NCBI GenBank assembly: GCA_963828525.1
Contig: CAWHEP010000010.1
Span: 96,001 to 160,000 of the forward strand
DNA length: 64,000 nucleotides
From: an uncultured Verrucomicrobiae bacterium
GTDB taxonomy: Bacteria > Verrucomicrobiota > Verrucomicrobiia > Chthoniobacterales > Chthoniobacteraceae
Direction of reading: 5' to 3'
Shown here piece by piece: positions 58,782 through 64,000 of this stretch (positions within the stretch are counted from its first letter, which is position 1; the number at the start of each line of letters is the position of its first letter). The position numbers and the translations under genes are program-made. Under the pieces are notes generated by a model that ran no database searches, was not told where the DNA came from, and saw nothing but the letters and a program-made list of their open reading frames with translations.

Positions 58782-59186
58782 CTACCCTTTGTAGGCGAAA
58801 GTTCCGCGCGCGACCTTCTTCAGGCCCTTCACTTTTTTTCCGGCTGTGTAAAACCAGAAGTTCACGCTGCTTTTCTTCGCGCCAATTCTCTCCGCGACTT
58901 CGCCAACGGATAACCCACCCGGCCCTTCGTTCTGCAATAGCGCGACGATCTGGTCTTTCAAAGTGCCTCCCGATTTCTTGGCGCTTGTCGCCTTTACGGG
59001 CGCGCTGACTGAAGACTTCGGTGGCCTGCCGCGGCGGCGCGCGGGGGTCGAAGCGGCGGGTGCCGCTGCTGCTCCAGCGCTGGAGCCTCCGAAAAGGATC
59101 GCGATCTGTTGATCGATTCCATCCCGTTCTTTCAAAAGAGCGAGAATTTTTTCGAGCTGAGGCGTGGACAAATTAGGAGTCATCAT
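58782..59186 (-). CDS. Small basic DNA-binding protein (N-terminal coiled coil, AT-hook, C-terminal wHTH-like)
   Basis: LEKILALLKERDGIDQQI; RRRGRPPK; TLKDQIVALL...GLSVGEVAERIG. Confidence 0.8.
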   Translation of the reverse strand: MMTPNLSTPQLEKILALLKERDGIDQQIAILFGGSSAGAAAAPAASTPARRRGRPPKSSVSAPVKATSAKKSGGTLKDQIVALLQNEGPGGLSVGEVAERIGAKKSSVNFWFYTAGKKVKGLKKVARGTFAYKG

Positions 59187-59260
59187 GAGTAGCTGCGTCT
59201 CCGACGATGCCGGAGCACAGTGGAGGATATTTGGTTAGGTTGGAATTTTGTTGGCTTGGG

Positions 59261-59289
59261 ATTATATGCCACCTGTGATCCCTTTGCAA
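59261..59289 (-). promoter_or_regulatory. Sigma-70 promoter for the AT-hook/wHTH gene
   Basis: Minus strand TTGCAA-N17-TATAAT, about 75 nt upstream of the ATG. Confidence 0.7.
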
Positions 59290-59342
59290 TAGTTGACAAG
59301 CAATTTTCTCAACCGAGGAAATTTCCTGCCAATCAAGCAAGC

Positions 59343-60167
59343 TCAACGCGCGGCAACCGCCTTCTCAATCGCGCCTTGAAGCTCTTCGCCCCTCAAACCC
59401 ACCCCGATGATCTTGCCTTCTTTATCCAGAAGGAAAGTCGAGGGAATTGATGTGATCCCGTACTTCGACGCCAGCTTGTTTTGCCACCCCTGGCCGTCGA
59501 AATATTGCGCCCAGGTCACGTTCTTTTCCTTTAAAAACGACGTCAGCTTTTCTTTATCCTGATCGAGGCTGATCCCTATTATTTCAAAGCCTTTGTCGTG
59601 GTATTTCCCGTACACGCTCACAACGTTCGGCAGTTCATGAACGCACGGGCCGCACCAGGTGGCCCAGAAATCCAGCATCACAATCTTGCCCTTGTAGTTG
59701 CCGATCGACAGCGGTTTTCCATCGATGTCTTGAACTTCGAAATCTGGAAACTTGCTGCCTTCTACGAGCTCGCCCTGAATCTTCTTTGCCTCCCTCTGCC
59801 GCTCGATGGAAGCAATCATATTGTCCGCCCTCTTGCCCGCGTCGGTGTCGGGAAAGTCCGTCTTTAGCGTTTTGAGCAGTTCCGTCGCCCGGACTTCGTC
59901 TTTCAAAACCTCCGCGTACAAAATCGCCTTCATCAGCAAAATCTCCGCGACATCTTCGGTCTTTTCTCCTTTGTGCTCCGCCAGCAGCGAGTCGAACCCT
60001 TTCAGTTCTTCATCCAGGCCGCTTTCCGTTCTGACCCCGCTTTGCACCTTCGTCCGAATTTTGCCTACCAACGTTTGTAGTTCCGACTTGGGATCAGCGG
60101 CGACCGCCGAATGCGAAAGTGCGAGCAATCCGATCAATGCGAGGGGGAGGAAGAGTTTATTGAGCAT
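59343..60167 (-). CDS. TlpA-family disulfide reductase
   Basis: Signal peptide, helical N-terminal domain, LDFWATWCGPC, SIPSTFLLD. Confidence 0.93.
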   Translation of the reverse strand: MLNKLFLPLALIGLLALSHSAVAADPKSELQTLVGKIRTKVQSGVRTESGLDEELKGFDSLLAEHKGEKTEDVAEILLMKAILYAEVLKDEVRATELLKTLKTDFPDTDAGKRADNMIASIERQREAKKIQGELVEGSKFPDFEVQDIDGKPLSIGNYKGKIVMLDFWATWCGPCVHELPNVVSVYGKYHDKGFEIIGISLDQDKEKLTSFLKEKNVTWAQYFDGQGWQNKLASKYGITSIPSTFLLDKEGKIIGVGLRGEELQGAIEKAVAAR

Positions 60168-60353
60168 GTCCCGTCACTGGAACACCAACAACGATTCCCG
60201 GCAAGGCTTTCCCAATAATATGGCCTGCGTGTTCTGCGACATAACACACGGGTCTTTTTCGTATTTGAATCTCCCAATTGCATAGCCCCCTCTGTTTGCT
60301 ATCGGGCAGGCTTTCTGCTACATTGAAGGTGGGATTGAGGGAGGCGCGGGTTT

Positions 60354-62324
60354 ATGAAAACGAGTTTTTCTGAATCACCCATGCTGCGGTCGGTTCTTCG
60401 TCATACCGGCCTTGCAAGACTCCTTCACTCGTCCCCCATTTCCTCCTATGACCGGGGCACGGTTATCTACTCGGAAGATGATCCCGCAAGCGCATGCTAC
60501 CTCGTCCTGGAAGGAGCTTGCGAGTCTCGCCACCCTTCCCCCGGCGGGGGCGAAGAAACGCTGGCGCTCGGGCCCGGTGATGTATTCGGCGAGGGGGACG
60601 TTCTCTCCGAGCGAGGCTATCAAAGCGCGATTCGCGCGACAGAGGACAGTGTCCTTCTCAGGATGGGCCGCAACCGGTTCCAGCGGCTGCTCGACGAGCG
60701 TCCCGAGCTGGCCGGGTATCTCAACCTGAAGTCGCCGGCAACCCCCCGGGCGCGGGCGTTTCCGACTCCTCTCGCATCCTGCAAAATGGTCATGGTCGCC
60801 TCCCTTTCGGACGGCGCTTTGGAGTCCCGGATCGTGTCCGCGCTCGGCAACGCGGTGAGCGCTGAGACACCGGATGCTCCCGTCTTGGTTGTCGAATTCA
60901 CGAAGGACGAATCGGCTATCCAACTGGACGAGACCGCTGTGCTCCGCGCTGAGCCAGACCGCGCTTCCCACGTTTTATTTTCCACTCTTCGAATCAGCGC
61001 CGCCGGTCTCGCGGAAGAATCAACCTTGATCGGCCCGCTCCTTTCCAGGCTCAGCCACAGCTTCTCCCGCATTCTTGTGCGAGCAGGCGTCGACTCGCCC
61101 ATGGAGGCCCTCGTTTCCACGTTGGATGTTTGCGGAGCCGCGTATGTGCTCCTGAGGCAAACTCCGGAAGATCTATACGCACTGAGCCTGCTCATGCGCG
61201 AGCTGCGTGGGATCGCTCACATGGATCTTTCCCGGGTGAAGCCGGTTCTCTACTTCGCGCATGGCGAGCGCGCTCACGGTCTTTGCCATTGGGTCGAGCA
61301 AAGCAGCGGCCTCCCCGTGCATGCCGTGCTGCATGAAAGCGGTGGCCCGGCGCCGGGAGCTTCCTTCCCCGCTGCCATCCGGCGTCTCGCCCGGGAGATT
61401 TGCGGCACGCGAGTCGGGCTAGCCCTATCTTCCGGAGCTGCCCGCGGCCTGGCTCACATCGGCGTCATCCAGGTGCTGGAGGAGAATGGCATCGAGGTGG
61501 ACGTCATCGCGGGCGCCAGCATGGGGGCCTATGTCGCTTCTGTCTGGGGCTGCGGCTACGACGGTCGCTTTATGGAGGCGCTCGCCCGCGAAATCCGCAG
61601 CCCATGGGAACTGCGTTACATCGTGGACCTCATTTTTCCGCCGCATCGAGGCTTCCTCCGGGGCGAGAGAGCCCGGTTGCGGCTGAAACGCGCCATCGGC
61701 GACGCGCATTTCTCCGATCTCTTTCGACCGATACGCATCATCTCCACACGTCTCGACACGCTCGAGCGGGTCGTGTTCACACACGGGGAAGTGGCCAGCG
61801 CCGTTCATGCAAGCATAGCCATCCCTGGCATCTGCGTTCCGGTGACTATTGAGGATGTGCACCATATCGACGGCGGCATCTCTGATCCCCTCCCTGTCGA
61901 TGTGCTTCGCGAGATGGGCATTGATCGCGTCATTGCGGTCAACACCATCCTCAACCCCGAACACCTCCGCCAGCGCATCGATTACGAGCGGGAACTCAGC
62001 GTCGCCGCCCGCCGCGTCCTCGCGCCGTTGCGCGCGTTAAATCGGCGCTTCAACCCCTTTGCGAGCGGCAACCTGTTCGACATCATGATGCGCGGCATTC
62101 ACGGAGTGCAGATACGCGTGGCGGAAGCTTCCTGCCTGTCGGCGGACATTGTTCTCAGGCCCCATTCCTGCGACGGGAGCTGGCACGACTTCAGTAACGC
62201 TGCCAAGTACATCGCCCTCGGGCGACAGGCCGCTCTCGATCATCTGCCCGGCATCAAGGCTCTCGTTCAAGGTTCTCCCCATGCGTCACAACACACTTCG
62301 CGCAAACTGGCAGTCGCTGCATAA
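60354..62324 (+). CDS. cNMP-binding domain-patatin phospholipase (NTE-like)
   Basis: cNMP domain LGPGDVFGE; patatin motifs SSGAARGLAHIG, GASMG, IDGG. Confidence 0.9.
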   Translation: MKTSFSESPMLRSVLRHTGLARLLHSSPISSYDRGTVIYSEDDPASACYLVLEGACESRHPSPGGGEETLALGPGDVFGEGDVLSERGYQSAIRATEDSVLLRMGRNRFQRLLDERPELAGYLNLKSPATPRARAFPTPLASCKMVMVASLSDGALESRIVSALGNAVSAETPDAPVLVVEFTKDESAIQLDETAVLRAEPDRASHVLFSTLRISAAGLAEESTLIGPLLSRLSHSFSRILVRAGVDSPMEALVSTLDVCGAAYVLLRQTPEDLYALSLLMRELRGIAHMDLSRVKPVLYFAHGERAHGLCHWVEQSSGLPVHAVLHESGGPAPGASFPAAIRRLAREICGTRVGLALSSGAARGLAHIGVIQVLEENGIEVDVIAGASMGAYVASVWGCGYDGRFMEALAREIRSPWELRYIVDLIFPPHRGFLRGERARLRLKRAIGDAHFSDLFRPIRIISTRLDTLERVVFTHGEVASAVHASIAIPGICVPVTIEDVHHIDGGISDPLPVDVLREMGIDRVIAVNTILNPEHLRQRIDYERELSVAARRVLAPLRALNRRFNPFASGNLFDIMMRGIHGVQIRVAEASCLSADIVLRPHSCDGSWHDFSNAAKYIALGRQAALDHLPGIKALVQGSPHASQHTSRKLAVAA

Positions 62325-63810
62325 GGACGAACTGCGCCGCCTGCAGGCGGCGAAGCTTCGGCATTATCTCCGGAATACCATTCTCCCGTTCTCCCCGCGC
62401 TACCGCCGCCTTTTCCACCAGTGGCGATTGACCGCCGATTCTTTTCAGACCCTCGATGACCTCCAGAAAATTCCTTTCACTTCGAAGAGCGATGTCGCCG
62501 CCGACAGCCGGGATTTTCTCATCATTCCAGAACAGGCGGCCCTCTCCCGCCGCCCCTCCTCCATTTTGCGCGCTATTCTCCAGGGATCAGCTGCCGTAAA
62601 GCGCGGCTTCGAACGCGAGTTCCGGCCCCTCATGATGACGAGCACCACAGGCCGCTCGGCGGATCCCGTGCCGTTCCTCTTTACCCAGCACGATCTGGAT
62701 AATCTGTGCGCGGCCGGTTCGAGAAGTCTCTCCCTCTACGGTATCCGGCCTGATTGGCGATTCATCAACCTCTTCCCGTTCGCGCCGCACCTGGCTTTTT
62801 GGCAAAGCCACTATGCCGCGACGACACGCGGCGTTTTCGCCGTCAGCACAGGCGGTGGCAAGGTATTGGGCACGGAGGGCAACGTCCGCCTCCTGCGCAA
62901 GATCGACCCCCACGCGCTCGTTGGCATGCCGGCTTTCATCTACCACGTCCTTCAGCAGGCGGTGGAAGAGGGTGTCCGATGTGAGCATCTCTCCCTCATC
63001 ATCCTCGGAGGCGAAAAGGCTCCCGCCGGCATGCGCCGGAAGCTGAGATCCCTCGCCCGCCAGTTGGGCGCGGAGGACGTTTCTGTCGTCGCCACATACG
63101 GCTTTACGGAGGCCAAATTGGCTTTTTCAGAATGCTGTTTTCCACAAGATCAGTCCACCAGTGGATACCATCTTTACCCCGATCTGGGACTTTTCGAAAT
63201 CATTGATCCGCTCACCGGATTGCCGCAGCCCGACGGATGCCCGGGAGAATTGGTTTACACTCCGCTCGACGCTCGCGGGACGGTGGTGCTGCGCTATAGA
63301 ACCGGAGACATCATCGAAGGCGGCATGGTCTATGAACCCTGCCCCGGCTGCGGCGGACGGATGCCCCGGCTGCTCGGTTCCATCTCTCGCCGCTCCGACA
63401 TCCAGGAGATGCGACTCGACAAGCTCAAAGGCACCCTCGTTGATTTCAATCGCCTTTCTCACGTCCTCGAAAACGCCGAGCACGTCGGAGCCTGGCAGCT
63501 CGAGATTCGCAAGCTTCATGACGACCCCTTGGACCTGGATGAACTCGTCCTCCACGTAAACAAGCTCGATGAGATCAGCGACGAATCTCTCGCCAGGCAG
63601 CTCAACGTCCGGTTCGAGGAACAGACCGAACTTCGGGTAAATCGAGTCGATTTCCATTCAGCGCAAGAGCTCAGGCGCTTGCAGGGCGTTGGCACCCTCC
63701 TGAAAGAACAACTTGTCGTCGATCACCGTCCGGGGAGCCGCGATTTCGCCCACTTCCACTCCGCGACAAACGGCGGGTCGCCGAAACCCTGCCTCGCGCA
63801 TACCTCATGA
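62281..63810 (+). CDS. Phenylacetate-CoA ligase-like acyl-CoA synthetase
   Basis: DLQKIPFTSK, TSTTGRS, ATYGFTE, LRYRTGD. Start ATG 62281. Confidence 0.85.
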   Translation: MRHNTLRANWQSLHKDELRRLQAAKLRHYLRNTILPFSPRYRRLFHQWRLTADSFQTLDDLQKIPFTSKSDVAADSRDFLIIPEQAALSRRPSSILRAILQGSAAVKRGFEREFRPLMMTSTTGRSADPVPFLFTQHDLDNLCAAGSRSLSLYGIRPDWRFINLFPFAPHLAFWQSHYAATTRGVFAVSTGGGKVLGTEGNVRLLRKIDPHALVGMPAFIYHVLQQAVEEGVRCEHLSLIILGGEKAPAGMRRKLRSLARQLGAEDVSVVATYGFTEAKLAFSECCFPQDQSTSGYHLYPDLGLFEIIDPLTGLPQPDGCPGELVYTPLDARGTVVLRYRTGDIIEGGMVYEPCPGCGGRMPRLLGSISRRSDIQEMRLDKLKGTLVDFNRLSHVLENAEHVGAWQLEIRKLHDDPLDLDELVLHVNKLDEISDESLARQLNVRFEEQTELRVNRVDFHSAQELRRLQGVGTLLKEQLVVDHRPGSRDFAHFHSATNGGSPKPCLAHTS

Positions 63811-64000
63811 AATCCCAGCGCTTCGTAATCATCGACGGCCTGCGCGCCCCTTTTGCCAAAGCGGGAAGCGATCTGGCAGATGTGCCCGCCGACGAACTCG
63901 GTCGCGTTGCGGTGAATGCCCTCCTCACGCGCGTCGGCGTCGACCCAGGTCTCATTGATCACGTGATCTTCGGCTGTGTTGCGCAGCCAGCCGACACCGC
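63807..64000 (+). CDS. Thiolase (acetyl-CoA C-acyltransferase), 5' part only
   Basis: MKSQRFVIIDGLRAPFAKAGSDLADVPADELG...IDHVIFGCVAQP; ATGA overlap with the upstream stop. Confidence 0.88.
   Translation, partial: MKSQRFVIIDGLRAPFAKAGSDLADVPADELGRVAVNALLTRVGVDPGLIDHVIFGCVAQPADT

Noticed and set aside
60304..60320. Possible sigma-54 site (GGGCAGGCTTTCTGCT) upstream of the patatin gene
   Set aside because: GG-N10-GC spacing is present but the flanks deviate from TGGCAC/TTGC; too weak.
60354..62324. Patatin as a CBASS-type anti-phage effector
   Set aside because: No cyclase or defence genes nearby; the context is lipid catabolism.
1..64000. CRISPR arrays, tRNA/rRNA genes, transposases, integrases, prophage genes
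   Set aside because: No regularly spaced repeats, RNA-gene signatures or mobile-element motifs were recognised by eye.

Overview
GC-rich bacterial window with about 45 coding regions. The exosortase/EpsI, PEP-CTERM, lpxI/lpxB and sigma-54 promoter content is compatible with Verrucomicrobiota, but the taxonomy is inference only. From left to right: (1) a minus-strand hybrid NRPS-PKS cluster, with a stand-alone A-PCP gene followed by a KS-AT-ACP-aminotransferase-luciferase-like monooxygenase-C megasynthase that runs off the left edge and is missed by the ORF track; (2) glgX; (3) a tightly packed 7-gene operon: PspA/IM30, AAA+ ATPase, two solute-binding/OmpA-C fusions, a vWA protein, a membrane protein and a Coq4-motif protein; (4) a small membrane protein, a PP2C/Ser-Thr kinase fusion and a sigma-54-driven APC permease; (5) a frameshifted PfkB kinase and exosortase, then EpsI and a surface-polysaccharide locus; (6) a sigma-54-driven 3-gene operon of a class A beta-lactamase-like serine hydrolase, an M15A peptidase and a PafA/Dop-like ligase; (7) lpxI-gnnA-like-lpxB-P450, a KirBac channel, a PEP-CTERM protein, an SDR and lpxA; (8) an NrdR box and cobalamin riboswitch ahead of nrdB (lacking the radical Tyr, class Ic-like), nrdA and dcd; (9) an AT-hook/wHTH protein, TlpA, and a cNMP-patatin/CoA ligase/thiolase operon. 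No rRNA, tRNA, CRISPR array or mobile element was recognised. The best candidates for poorly described systems are the PspA-AAA-SBP/OmpA-vWA operon and the PafA-like/M15A/serine hydrolase operon. All calls come from motif reading by eye; no database searches were run.
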